NCBI GenBank assembly: GCA_965662235.1
Contig: CBFIGY010000016.1
Location: forward strand, 1-64,000
Source of the DNA: an uncultured bacterium
GTDB lineage: Bacteria > SAR324 > NAC60-12
DNA length: 64,000 nt
Reading direction: 5' to 3'
Below, piece by piece: positions 35,762 through 45,814 of this stretch. The translations under genes were made by a program, and so were the position numbers. The notes under the pieces were generated by a model. It was not told the origin of the DNA and did not search any database. It saw only the letters and a program-made list of their open reading frames with translations. Position 1 is the stretch's first letter. Every line of letters begins with the position of its first letter.

Positions 35762-37249
35762 TTAACGCTTCATGTTGACGAGATCCGTGATCATCTCATC
35801 GGAAGTGGTCACGGTCTTGGCGTTTGCCTGGAAGGCCCGCTGCGACTCGATCATCTTCACAAACTCGTTGGAGAGGTCAACGGTGGACTGCTCCAGACTC
35901 ATGCTCCGGATCTCTCCGAAGCCGGCGGTTCCCGCCTGACCCGTCACTTTCTTCCCGGCGCCCTGAGTTTCGCGGAGGAGGTTGTCTCCCACCTGCGCGA
36001 GTTTGCCCGGGTTGTCAAACTTGGTCAGCACGACTCGTCCGATCGGACGGGTGTAGCCCGAGTCGAACACGCCCTCGACGGTTCCGTCACTCTTCACCGA
36101 AATGTTTTCCAGGGTACCAGACGCGTTTCCGTCGGCACTGGCCCGGATGACGTTGTACTTGCCGGCAAACTGGGTCAGTCCGTCCAGACCGGTCCGCGGA
36201 TCGGTGGGATCATCCGGATTGAAACCGTCTCCCAGGTGCAGGCCCACCACCACGGGGTCTTCCCCGTTGAACGGCACGGCAAACTGCGGAACACCGGTTT
36301 CCGGATCCACCGGCTGCGGTACGAGCCGAGGCGGTCCGCCTGGCAGCGCTTGTCCGGTAGCAGGATCAACTCCGCCCGGGGTTGCTTCAAACGAACCACT
36401 GGTGGCCGCAATGAGCTTACCGTCGTCTGTGAACTGAAGGAATCCGCCGCCCACAGCGACCTGAGTCCCTGGCATTTGTCCGAGGGAGGCGCCGTCCAGC
36501 ATCATGTAGTACTCCCACTGGTTCCGGACACCGGTACCGGGAATGGGCAGACCGGTTGCTGCGTCCACCTGCTCAGGCAGGTCCGGGCGCTTCCGGAAGG
36601 CCACGGTGGCAGTGTGGCTGTTTCCGTACTGGTCATAGACGGTGGTGGAGGTCGCAAAGTTGTACATGGAATCCCGGACGTTGGTCGGATCCAGGGGCAT
36701 GTCCTTGACCACGGCGTTGGCGTCCAGATTGACGGCCACTCGAATGCCGGTTCCGTTTCGTCCGTCACCTGTCGGCTGAGGCGGATCGACGAGTCCGAGA
36801 ACCTTCAGGGAACCCGGAAGGCCCTTGCTTTCGCCGGTGTTGCGGTCCACTTCGAGCGCCTGCACACGGTGTCCTCGTGGCGTGGAAAGGAAGCCTTCCT
36901 TGTCATAGGAAAACTGTCCATTCCGGGTATACATTTCCTTGCCCGTCGCCGGATCGACAACGGTGAAGTAGCCGCCGCCGCCGATGGCCATGTCGGTGGC
37001 CATGGAGGTGGTTTCAAAGGCTCCTTGCGTGAACTCCTGTTCCACGCTGCCGATCTTGACCCCGTTGGAGACCTGGGTAAACGAGCCTCCTTGCGGGTAG
37101 TTGTTGCCCATCAGGTCCTCAAAGGCAACGATGTTGCGCTTGAAGCCGTAGGTGTTGACGTTGGCGATGTTGTTACCAATCACCTGCATCGCCTTGCCGT
37201 GGGTTTTCACCCCACTGGCACCGGTTTGCAGCGATCCTAGTAAAGCCAT
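35762..37249 (-). CDS. flgE: Flagellar hook protein
   Basis: IGNNIANVNTYGFK, YTRNGQF, LEQSTVDLSNEFVKMIESQRAFQANAK. Confidence 0.95.
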   Translation of the reverse strand: MALLGSLQTGASGVKTHGKAMQVIGNNIANVNTYGFKRNIVAFEDLMGNNYPQGGSFTQVSNGVKIGSVEQEFTQGAFETTSMATDMAIGGGGYFTVVDPATGKEMYTRNGQFSYDKEGFLSTPRGHRVQALEVDRNTGESKGLPGSLKVLGLVDPPQPTGDGRNGTGIRVAVNLDANAVVKDMPLDPTNVRDSMYNFATSTTVYDQYGNSHTATVAFRKRPDLPEQVDAATGLPIPGTGVRNQWEYYMMLDGASLGQMPGTQVAVGGGFLQFTDDGKLIAATSGSFEATPGGVDPATGQALPGGPPRLVPQPVDPETGVPQFAVPFNGEDPVVVGLHLGDGFNPDDPTDPRTGLDGLTQFAGKYNVIRASADGNASGTLENISVKSDGTVEGVFDSGYTRPIGRVVLTKFDNPGKLAQVGDNLLRETQGAGKKVTGQAGTAGFGEIRSMSLEQSTVDLSNEFVKMIESQRAFQANAKTVTTSDEMITDLVNMKR

Positions 37250-37303
37250 GGAATCTCCTTATTGAGTTCAGGGTTCAGAGCCGCAAGGTGCGGAATTCGA
37301 AAA

Positions 37304-38095
37304 TCAGCGTTGTTCTTCATCCAGACGGAGTGTCCCTGGCATGGAGTTCAGAGACTTGGGTTGCAGGTCCTCTCTTAGCGGCAGAGGCTGCAGCGCGTCA
37401 AAGCGTTTGCTGGAGCGATTGCTCACTCCCAGGATGCTGTTGGCTGGGAGCCACTCGCCATTGATCTGAATCAGCGGGTTGGTATCGTCCAGCTTGATCA
37501 TGGAAACCTGTCCGGACTTGGACATCTTCACATTGATGCCCTCACCGCTGTCGGTCCGGGCGACAATGTCGAAGCGGTAGTTGCCGTCAGGCATGGGATC
37601 GCCTTCGGCATCAAGGCCATCCCAGGTGAACTGATGGGAGCCCTGAGCGCGGGCCTCTAGGTTCACCCGACGGACCAGTTCTCCGTTGCCATCCATGACG
37701 TGAACCACAACCTGATCAGCGTCTCCTTCAAGGTTGTAGGAGAGCGGCGTCGCCTGACCATTTTGCAGCGCAAGGGAGCGGGTGCCGATCTCGACATCCT
37801 GTCCCACTAGGCTGCTGGCGCCGGCCCAGGCGCTCTGGCGCTGGAGCTTCATCAGGTCACCGACTTGGGCATTCAGGTTCTGCAACTGTTCCACTGTCGA
37901 CAGGGAGGACATCTGCTGCATCATGTTTTCAGTGTCCATCGGATTCATCGGATCCTGATGAGACATCTGGGTCATGAGCAGGTTCAGGAAGTCCTGTTTG
38001 CCCAGCTGCTTGCCATCGCCACTGCTACTGGAAGCCGCCGCCCGTTGGGAGGTTGCTGCCTGCTGAATGGCTTGATCGACGTTGCTTACGTTCAT
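37304..38095 (-). CDS. flgD: Flagellar hook capping protein
   Basis: LGKQDFLNLLMTQMSHQDPMNPM, FTWDG, PDGNY. Confidence 0.95.
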   Translation of the reverse strand: MNVSNVDQAIQQAATSQRAAASSSSGDGKQLGKQDFLNLLMTQMSHQDPMNPMDTENMMQQMSSLSTVEQLQNLNAQVGDLMKLQRQSAWAGASSLVGQDVEIGTRSLALQNGQATPLSYNLEGDADQVVVHVMDGNGELVRRVNLEARAQGSHQFTWDGLDAEGDPMPDGNYRFDIVARTDSGEGINVKMSKSGQVSMIKLDDTNPLIQINGEWLPANSILGVSNRSSKRFDALQPLPLREDLQPKSLNSMPGTLRLDEEQR

Positions 38096-38103
38096 GGCGT
38101 TAC

Positions 38104-39486
38104 TCAGATGTAGAGGTTGAGTCCGGAGCCCCCTCCGCGCGTTCGCGCGGCAGATGGAGCCGAACTGTTGATCGCCGCACTTCGCTCAGCGCCTCGGCTC
38201 GCCGCGGCCGTCATGCGCTCAAGTTGCTCCTGGCGTTCCTGCTGCTGCTCGAAGCCTCCGGAGTTCTGCTGACCGACGTTTACGTTCATGCTCAGGTCGC
38301 GGTAGTTCAGGTCCTGCTGCGTCACTCGATTCCGGAGGACGTCAAAGCCCGATTCCAGAATCTGCTTGGCCATGGGGTTGTCCACCTTCATGTCCAGGAA
38401 CAGCTCGCCTCCCTGTTGCCGCACCTTCATCACCAGCTTCCCAAGGTGCTCGGGCTCCAGCTGCACGGTCATCTCCTGAGAGTCCCCGTCTCGCATGGTC
38501 CGGATGCGCGTCATCACTTGGTTGAAGTCGAAGGGCAGTTCCAGCACAGGGGTCCGGGTTGGAGCCTGAGGCTGGGTGATCTGGTCGGCACGTCCCTCCA
38601 CTGAGTTGGTGCCAAAGGCCTGATGCTGCTGCACCTGCTGAGACCGGACCTCAGTTTCCTGAGAAGCGAGGTCGTCCATTGCCTGAGATGCAACTCCGGC
38701 AAACTGAACGTTCGAGGCGGAACTCAGAGAGGTCTCCAGCCCGGTTGCGGCGACGGAGCTCATCTGTGGCTTCAGGTTGGGCTTCAGGTCCAGCTGGGCC
38801 AATTCGGTGGGATCCGTCTCCTGGAAATCAGCTTCCACGTTTTCGTTGATCAGGTCCTGAATGCGCTGATTCTGCGCCCGGAACTCGTGGAGGTTGTCCA
38901 GGGACTCTCCTTCGGCCTTGCCGCGCTTGAGGGCCATCTGGCGGATGACCGCCGAGACATCTGGCTGCAGTTCAGAGTCCGCTGTTTCTTCGCTGACGAG
39001 GTTGGAAAAGAGCTGCTCCTCGGTTCCCGGAACCGCACGTTCCACTTCTGCCTGCGGATCCACACGAGGATCGGCTCCTTCGAGCACCACTTCCTGATTG
39101 TTCAGGTCTGAAGCCTGCTTCAGGAGTTGCTGGCGCAGAGCATTCAGGTCGGCAGCAGAGAGCTCACCCTTGGGAAGGTCCTGTGCCAGGGAAGGAGGAA
39201 GCTGCCCAAGGATGGCAGCCATCATCTCTTCATTAAGCAGGTCGGGGTCTTCCTGAGCCTGCTCTTCTAGGAGCGCCAGTTCTTCTGCCGTCAGCTCCGC
39301 CAGCATCTCTTCCGTCAGTCCTTCGCCGTCCAGCGGGAGGGCCTGTCCTGTTGCTGCCTCTTCCGGGGTCAACTCGCTTCCCAGCAAGCTGTCAAATCCA
39401 TTTCCTGCCCCTTTTTCCGAGGCGCCTTTTGCTGACTTGCTACCGGATTCACTTCCGGGCACAGCGCTGTTTACGAGTCCGATCAT
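38104..39486 (-). CDS. fliK: Flagellar hook-length control protein
   Basis: Low-complexity N-terminus, C-terminal VQLEPEHLGKLVMKV; directly upstream of flgD. Confidence 0.88.
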   Translation of the reverse strand: MIGLVNSAVPGSESGSKSAKGASEKGAGNGFDSLLGSELTPEEAATGQALPLDGEGLTEEMLAELTAEELALLEEQAQEDPDLLNEEMMAAILGQLPPSLAQDLPKGELSAADLNALRQQLLKQASDLNNQEVVLEGADPRVDPQAEVERAVPGTEEQLFSNLVSEETADSELQPDVSAVIRQMALKRGKAEGESLDNLHEFRAQNQRIQDLINENVEADFQETDPTELAQLDLKPNLKPQMSSVAATGLETSLSSASNVQFAGVASQAMDDLASQETEVRSQQVQQHQAFGTNSVEGRADQITQPQAPTRTPVLELPFDFNQVMTRIRTMRDGDSQEMTVQLEPEHLGKLVMKVRQQGGELFLDMKVDNPMAKQILESGFDVLRNRVTQQDLNYRDLSMNVNVGQQNSGGFEQQQERQEQLERMTAAASRGAERSAAINSSAPSAARTRGGGSGLNLYI

Positions 39487-39490
39487 GTTC

Positions 39491-40159
39491 TTATTTCTTG
39501 CTGGCGATTTCGGCAATCAACTCGGCGGATTGAGCAGCTCCCATGCTCGCCAGCACTTCGGAGGCCTGCTTGTCTTTCATCCGCATCAGGATGTTCACAG
39601 CAACTTTGCGGTCCAGGTTGGAAATTGACTGGGCAGCGGTGGCCGCGTCCATCTTGGAGTAGAAGGCGACGGCCTTGTCCAGCATTTCATTGTCCTGAGC
39701 CTTTTTGGCTTCAATGCCTTGTTCGATCTCCTGCTGCAGCGACTCCAGCTGCGTGATCTGACGCTGAATGTCTTCCTGCAGGGACTTCAGTTGCGTCTCC
39801 CGACGATCCAAGTCGGATTCCCGGATGCGCAACCGATCCTGCTGGTCAGCCAGCCGCGTCAGAATCTCCTTCTCGGTGGCCGTGAACTCACGGGGCTTCT
39901 GGTCCCCATTCCCGGCTTCTGGAGGAGGAGAGGCGCAGAAGTTGAGGCCGTATTCGCGGCACAGGTCTCCTACCGCCTGCGTTGCTTCATCCACGCTGGT
40001 CGGTATGCTATAAGCGGGCCTTGGCTGAAAAAGAAACAGAGTCGTCAAGGCTAAAAAGCTGATTAAAAAAGAGATTTTCACACGCAAATCGGGAATGAGG
40101 TCAAATCCACCGGGTTGAGCCCCCGGACGTTGAGGAGGAGGTGGCAGCAAAAAACTCAT
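39491..40159 (-). CDS. MotE/FlbB-like flagellar protein (coiled coil plus MgtE-N-like helices)
   Basis: TM helix, coiled coil, YSKMDAATAA...ILMRMKDKQASEVLASM; lies between fliJ and fliK. Confidence 0.8.
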   Translation of the reverse strand: MSFLLPPPPQRPGAQPGGFDLIPDLRVKISFLISFLALTTLFLFQPRPAYSIPTSVDEATQAVGDLCREYGLNFCASPPPEAGNGDQKPREFTATEKEILTRLADQQDRLRIRESDLDRRETQLKSLQEDIQRQITQLESLQQEIEQGIEAKKAQDNEMLDKAVAFYSKMDAATAAQSISNLDRKVAVNILMRMKDKQASEVLASMGAAQSAELIAEIASKK

Positions 40160-40599
40160 GAATCTTCTCGGTATCGACGCAGGTTCTGGGCAATTTCATC
40201 CGCCTCCATGCGCTCACGACGTTCCATCTCGGCACGGTGCTCGCGCTCCTGCTTTTCCTTCAAGATTTCCAGCACCCGCTTCTTCTGCGAAGCCCGGGTC
40301 AGCTCCTGACGCTTCAGCTGCACAACTTGCTGCTGACGCCGGAGGTGCTCATCAGTGACTTCCAAAATGCGTTCCAAGCGACTCTGGAACTGTTGGCTCA
40401 TCTGGAGGTCTGCGATGGTAAAACCCTGCTGCTTGGACTGATTCGTTTTTTCCAGGTTATCGGACAGGGCCTCCTGTACCAGGTCCTGCTGACGCTGAAT
40501 GCGTTGCTCAATCTGCAGCTCCTCAGCCAGCGCCTTCTGGTAAAGCTTCTCCAGACGTTCCCGGACCTTGAGAGCGGTTTCCAGGTTGAATCGAGGCAT
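40156..40599 (-). CDS. fliJ: Flagellar export protein FliJ
   Basis: RFNLETALKVRE start, LEILKEKQ...E...ADE end; 147-aa coiled coil. Confidence 0.85.
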   Translation of the reverse strand: MPRFNLETALKVRERLEKLYQKALAEELQIEQRIQRQQDLVQEALSDNLEKTNQSKQQGFTIADLQMSQQFQSRLERILEVTDEHLRRQQQVVQLKRQELTRASQKKRVLEILKEKQEREHRAEMERRERMEADEIAQNLRRYREDS

Positions 40600-40735
40600 G
40601 GGGGCAGACGCCGCAGCGAGGGTTGAAGGTGACGCCTCTGGTGGCAGAGGCGGGCACAGGACAAATTCTCAAAAAAAGAGATGCAAATACTTTGCTAACT
40701 CTCAGACAGAGCCTGCGAAGTTGGCGGAGTTGCCC

Positions 40736-41743
40736 TCAAGTCGCTGTAATTTCCACCTCCAGTCGCTGCCGATAGGGCTGCTCAGGAGTGACCCAGATGG
40801 AAGGAAACGCAGGGTGGTTGAGGCTGTCCGGGAAGTGCTGAGGCTCAAGGCACAGGCCGCCAAAGCGGTCGTGGGACTGACCGCTCAGGCCTCCGGTGAA
40901 CGGCTGCAGGTGCATGGCATTGTACAGCTGCAGGCCGGGTTGATCGGTCCAGAGGCGCAGGGTCACCCCGCTTGGAGCCGTGAGCACTGCGGCGGGCTTG
41001 GTGGTCGCTCGACCCGGAGTGAGCACGAGGTTGATGTCGGTTCCCTGTCGTTGCGGATCCGCGGCTCCCAGCGTCTGCGGCTGCAGGAAGTCAAAGTGAG
41101 TGCCCTGGAGCGAAGCGAGCTCTCCAGTGGGAATCAGGGTCGCATCTGTGGGCGTGTACTGCTCAGCATCCACCTGAAGCTGGTGAGCCCAGATGTCTCC
41201 GGAGCCCATCAGGTTGTAGTAGGTGTGCTGAGCCAGGTTGATGGGCGTGGGGCGGTCTGGACGGGCCTCAAGGTCGTAAATCAACCGGCTTCCTTGCAGA
41301 CGAACTGCCACCCGGAAGTCAACGGCTCCGGGATAGCCTTCCTCCTGATCAGGCGAATGGTAGGTCAGCTCAATGGCTTCTTGTGCCGAGTCGGCTTCTA
41401 GGGTCCAGAACCGTTTGCCGAGCCCCTGGTGTCCTCCGTGGAGGTGGTGGGGCGGTTGATTCACAGGAAGCTGGTAGGAAAGACCGTTGTGGGTAAACCG
41501 TCCCTGTGCGGTCCGGTTGGCCACCCGCCCGGCAATCACACCGAGGCTGGCTGAATCAGTGAAGTAGCGTTGGGCGTCTTCGTACCCGAGGATGACCGGC
41601 TTCTGCTGGTTCTCGTGGGCAATCCGCCAGTCCTGTGTGATGGCTCCGTAGTTGAGCAGAGTGACACAGGCCTCCGGGCTTTCGAGGGTGACGGTTTCGA
41701 GGGCGTGGCCTTCGTGTTGGGCAATGGTTTGAGGGTGGCGCAT
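40736..41743 (-). CDS. galM: Aldose 1-epimerase
   Basis: GRVANR, HHLHGG, GYPG, NLAQHTYYNL, TDQPGLQLY, CLEPQHFPD. Confidence 0.95.
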   Translation of the reverse strand: MRHPQTIAQHEGHALETVTLESPEACVTLLNYGAITQDWRIAHENQQKPVILGYEDAQRYFTDSASLGVIAGRVANRTAQGRFTHNGLSYQLPVNQPPHHLHGGHQGLGKRFWTLEADSAQEAIELTYHSPDQEEGYPGAVDFRVAVRLQGSRLIYDLEARPDRPTPINLAQHTYYNLMGSGDIWAHQLQVDAEQYTPTDATLIPTGELASLQGTHFDFLQPQTLGAADPQRQGTDINLVLTPGRATTKPAAVLTAPSGVTLRLWTDQPGLQLYNAMHLQPFTGGLSGQSHDRFGGLCLEPQHFPDSLNHPAFPSIWVTPEQPYRQRLEVEITAT

Positions 41744-41927
41744 GGTTGGTTCAAGGAGAGCGGTTCAGGGGCACACTTCCCGGGCTCAGGAAGTTCGAGC
41801 GGGTCTGTTCAGCATAACGTTCCTTAGCCCAGAGGATCAATCGGCCGTTGTGCCAGAAGCCCTCTCGACGTGACGCAAGCAAGGTCGCCCGGTCAGTCGC
41901 CATGCTAGGTCGAGAAGGCCCCGGAGC

Positions 41928-43904
41928 TTAGGATTCGTCTTCTGCCAGAACGATGAGGGCATCGGTGCGGCTCAGCCGGAAGGCATGGTCCTTCCGGGGA
42001 ATGATGTGGATGCCGAAGAGCCGAGAGGCGTCTCGTTGCTCCCGAGCCAGCTTGATCCCAAAGCACACCTCCTGACGCTGCTGAGCCGCCAACACACACT
42101 CGCCAAACGACACCTCAACCTCGTCCTGGTCGCCAAAGTCGAAGTACAACTGCGCGTGCTTGACGTAGACCTCGCTGCCCTCTTCTGAGAAAAGGTCCTC
42201 ATAGACCCGCATCACATCTGCCTCCATGGCAATCTGCGCAAAGATCCGGGAGACAAACTGATTGGAAATGAGGAAGTCCTTGACGCCCACCTGGACCACC
42301 AGCTCGGTGTTTTCCGAGTTGACGATCTCTGTGATCAGCTTGGTGGTGATCTCTTCTCCGGTGGCGCGCTCATGCTCCTGAAAGAGGTGGCGAATCTGCA
42401 GCAGGCGCATGATGGTCTTGGCATCAATTTCTTCTGCCTCCTCTCCACTGCCAGCAAGAATGGAGACCGTGGTGTAGGTGGGCAGGTTCAGGGACGCAAG
42501 CTCATCCTTCGAGTGAAAGTCGATCTCGTTGAGGTTCATCCGGATGCTTGGAAACTGAGCTGAGATGTTCTCAAAGTTCTTCCGGATGACGGAATTGTTT
42601 CCCCGCTCAATGAGCAGATTCACAGAAGAACCCTCGGTCATGTAGGCGGCATACTCCTGGAGAACGATGGGGGCCTTGTTGTTCCAGCCCACCACCAAGT
42701 GATTTTCCGGAGGCAGGGTGTACCGCAGCGAGGAGTAGGCTCGAGGCTCCGGGGCGACTGCTGGCTCTTCTGAGAAGTCGATGGTGGAGTCGTCATCAGC
42801 GAGGACAACAATGTCGTCATCGTTTTGTAGCACCTGGTCCTGGGGCGGATTGAGGACGATGCGACCGTCTGGACTCCGGATGCCGAGGGGAACGCTTTCC
42901 ATGAAGTGATACTGCAGTCGCCCAAAGCTCAGGCCGCCCCAGCCATTTTCGGGCCGGTAGAAGTAGAACTCATTGCCCTGAAACCCGACGAGGTCCGAAT
43001 ACACCATCGCGAGCCCTTCGTTCCGGGAGGTCTGCACCAGCATGCGGGCAAGGATTTCCGCCTCGTTGAGGGTGGTGATCTTTCCTTCAACAATGCTCTG
43101 CGCAAGGATGCGGTAGCGGTCGATGTGGACTTCGGCAATCACAGGAGGCACGCCCTCTTCGCCCTTTGCTGAGACCACAGCCATGATCGTCTTCAGCACC
43201 CGAGCATCTGCCGACTCCTTGACCCCATCCTCATCAGAGGACTTGGCGTCGTTGAGAATCACCACGGAGTGCGCAAACTCAATCCCGGCGCTCTGCAGGT
43301 TTTTCAGGCTTGTGGGAGAACCATTCCGGGTGATCACACGGGTGGTCTTGAACTCGTGGATGCTCTCTCGGATGTAATCATCCATGACCTCCTTGTCCCG
43401 GTCGGCCAGAATCACCACGACTCCGGAATCAGACTCATTGGCAACAATGAGCTCGCGGATGATCTCAATGACCCGGTCGCTGAACCCGACGATGAGGACG
43501 TGGTCGGACTCCAGTACCAGGCTCTTTCCCTTGCGGAGGATCGACAGGCGCCGCTCAAATTCCTGGGTAATGAAGGCCACCATGCTGGAAAACAGCACCA
43601 GCCCAACAAAGATCGTGAGGATCGCAACCAGCTTGCCGGCAAAATTGGACCGGGCATCAAGCTCCGCCAGGGCCCCGGAGTCAATGATCTGAAAAAAGGC
43701 GTGCCAGAGCAAAAACCCCTGCTCCTCAATCGTGTCATCCGGAAATAAAAAGAAGGCCCCCAATCGCACTGCTCCCATGACCACAAATGCGATGAAGAAC
43801 AGGAAAAGGAGCGCCAGAAAGACGGACGCGCCGCCCTTGGACATGAAGTTATCCAGCTGGTAACGGAGTCTTTCAGAAAGGGTGTGTTTTTTGGTGAGAG
43901 ACAT
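41928..43904 (-). CDS. CASTOR/POLLUX (DMI1)-like cation channel with RCK domains
   Basis: RLRYQLDNFMSKG, TM/pore region, LRKGKSLVLESDHVLIVG, LVGFQGNEFY, EEGSEVYVK, ends LIVLAED. Confidence 0.85.
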   Translation of the reverse strand: MSLTKKHTLSERLRYQLDNFMSKGGASVFLALLFLFFIAFVVMGAVRLGAFFLFPDDTIEEQGFLLWHAFFQIIDSGALAELDARSNFAGKLVAILTIFVGLVLFSSMVAFITQEFERRLSILRKGKSLVLESDHVLIVGFSDRVIEIIRELIVANESDSGVVVILADRDKEVMDDYIRESIHEFKTTRVITRNGSPTSLKNLQSAGIEFAHSVVILNDAKSSDEDGVKESADARVLKTIMAVVSAKGEEGVPPVIAEVHIDRYRILAQSIVEGKITTLNEAEILARMLVQTSRNEGLAMVYSDLVGFQGNEFYFYRPENGWGGLSFGRLQYHFMESVPLGIRSPDGRIVLNPPQDQVLQNDDDIVVLADDDSTIDFSEEPAVAPEPRAYSSLRYTLPPENHLVVGWNNKAPIVLQEYAAYMTEGSSVNLLIERGNNSVIRKNFENISAQFPSIRMNLNEIDFHSKDELASLNLPTYTTVSILAGSGEEAEEIDAKTIMRLLQIRHLFQEHERATGEEITTKLITEIVNSENTELVVQVGVKDFLISNQFVSRIFAQIAMEADVMRVYEDLFSEEGSEVYVKHAQLYFDFGDQDEVEVSFGECVLAAQQRQEVCFGIKLAREQRDASRLFGIHIIPRKDHAFRLSRTDALIVLAEDES

Positions 43905-43979
43905 CAGGTCAATTCAACTTATTAAAATCACTTGAGGCGTTGGATCAGGAGTCCATGCAATGGCAAAGGCTGCTCAGGT

Positions 43980-44400
43980 CCGCTGCGGTTTCGCAGGCTT
44001 TCCAAAAACAGTTCAGCCACTTAACGGTTCCTGCATGTTCCGGTGAGAGTCAAAGAGCAAAAGTTAAACCATCGATCCCGTTCGGTTGGCTTTTGTTGCA
44101 CAACCCAGGCAACTACGCCCTCTTGGAAGGAAACGAAGACTAGAATTATCCGATTGAAGCCGACTTGACAAGCGGGGAAATGGGCCGCTCCTCTTTGCTA
44201 GAGGAGGAAAGCCAATCCGGGCCCAGCGGCTTTTTTCCGAAAGAGGGGTAGTTTTTTCAAAAATTAAAACTTAATCGGACAGTTGGGGGAGGAACAAAAT
44301 GAAGCACTCCCGCTCAGAAACACGAGGCCACCGTGAGGTGCTTCGGTGAGGCAAGAAGGCGCCTGAGGAGGGGGCCGGCGAATCCGAAGACCCGCCGGGA
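43980..44400 (+). ncRNA. Candidate structured non-coding RNA, class unknown
   Basis: Nested rod 44111-44253 ending in a T-run, a 9-bp cross-pairing 44149-57/44271-79 and flanking hairpins. Confidence 0.45.
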
Positions 44401-44404
44401 GGAG

Positions 44405-45742
44405 TCAGCGGTGTTGCATCTCAAAGAGCTTGCTGCGTACTTCCGAGAGGAGTTCATGAATGGGCAGGTCGGGAAAGTCCTCCCATCCCATGAGGTTGAG
44501 GATGTAACGCTTGAGGCGAGGGCGCTTGAGGTCGCGTCCTTCCCACATGTAATGCACTTCTTCATGCTCCCGAGGGAGCGGACGACCGTCAATGTCCCGT
44601 CGCAGCAGGAACTTGAGAGCCGAGTCAGGGTACTGCTGAACAAAGCGGGCCATCGATTCAGCGGTGATCGGGCCATTTCCAAAAACTACATCTGCGTCGT
44701 CTTCCACTACCTGCACCAGTCCAAGGTTGTCAATTTCCGGATCCGCCCCATAATCCTCATCCTCAAAGTCGAGCAAGGCGCTGACGCTTTGCACCACTTC
44801 AGGCAGGGGAGCAGGATCCGCGGGCGGCTCCTCGAGGTCTTCCTCCAAAGGTGGAGGGGCCGGAGGCGCTGAAACGGGAGCCGGCGCTTCCAGGTCTCCG
44901 TCAGGCTCCAGAAACAGTCCGGGCACGCCCTCTTCTTCAGCAGAAACCAGCAGAGATGCCGGTTCCTCTGCCGCCGATGCTAGCAAGGGCTCAGGAGAAA
45001 GGCCAGCTTCGGGTGGCCGAGGGGCCGGCAGCGGACGTTCCGGGACGTAGGTGGAGGGACGGATGAAGCGCAGAGGCGCCTGTGTGGCGTGTCCGGAGGT
45101 CCCACCGGAGGCGGGCTCGCGGGTCAACTCGTCAACCGACACTCCACGCTGCTGGGCAATCAGCCCTAACACTCCTTGCACAAACTGCCGGCCTTCCAGC
45201 CGTTCCTGCACCTGCTTCCGGAGCTTCAGGATGTCCTCGGTTGTGTAATGCTCGTCCGCTTCAGGTTCCGGAGGAGGAGCGGCCGCGGCGGTTCGGGCCT
45301 CTGCTGAAGCGAGGAACTGGTGCCAGTACCCCTCCAGCAGCAGCAGCAGCTCATTCAGCGGATGCTGAGGCTGCAGAGCGCTCAGGGCCACGCCGCGCTT
45401 GAGGCTCACCGGATGGTGCGTGCCACGGGCGGCCAGGTTGAAGGCCCGTTGGATGCGTTGACGGAGGCGGGTCCGCAGCGCCGGACTGGACTGCCCCTGC
45501 AGGTAAGCCAGGAAGTTCTGTCGCTTGGCGGGGCTCAGCCGCGTCCGGAGGACCTCCCCTTCCTGCTCAAAAAAGTTCTGCAGAACCCACTCCCCGGCGG
45601 CCACCTCTTCAGGGGTGGGGGCATCGACCACAAATCCGGAGTGGTGGAGGTGCTCCAGCAACTGAACCAGGAGCGCTTCTTCGTCCGGAAGGGTGAGGTC
45701 CAGCCGCGGAGGAGCCCCCGAGGAAACCGTACTTCGGTGCAT
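44405..45742 (-). CDS. Hypothetical protein with Pro/Glu-rich linker
   Basis: 445-aa ORF filling the gap; no family recognised. Confidence 0.7.
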   Translation of the reverse strand: MHRSTVSSGAPPRLDLTLPDEEALLVQLLEHLHHSGFVVDAPTPEEVAAGEWVLQNFFEQEGEVLRTRLSPAKRQNFLAYLQGQSSPALRTRLRQRIQRAFNLAARGTHHPVSLKRGVALSALQPQHPLNELLLLLEGYWHQFLASAEARTAAAAPPPEPEADEHYTTEDILKLRKQVQERLEGRQFVQGVLGLIAQQRGVSVDELTREPASGGTSGHATQAPLRFIRPSTYVPERPLPAPRPPEAGLSPEPLLASAAEEPASLLVSAEEEGVPGLFLEPDGDLEAPAPVSAPPAPPPLEEDLEEPPADPAPLPEVVQSVSALLDFEDEDYGADPEIDNLGLVQVVEDDADVVFGNGPITAESMARFVQQYPDSALKFLLRRDIDGRPLPREHEEVHYMWEGRDLKRPRLKRYILNLMGWEDFPDLPIHELLSEVRSKLFEMQHR

Positions 45743-45814
45743 CGTTCACCAAAAAGGGAAGTCAAAAACAAACTGGGAGACCCCAACTTGCTGAGTTTTG
45801 CTCCAAAAAATCTC

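Noticed and set aside
40680..40700. Sigma54-like promoter upstream of fliJ (TAGCAAAGTATTTGCA on the minus strand)
   Set aside because: The invariant GG at -24 reads AG; too weak to call.
44183..44226. RNase P RNA-like string GGCCGCT...GAGGAAAG..TCCGGGC
   Set aside because: It has a 4-nt interruption in the conserved GAGGAAAGUCC, and no 3' ACAGAA.CCGGCUUA was found downstream.
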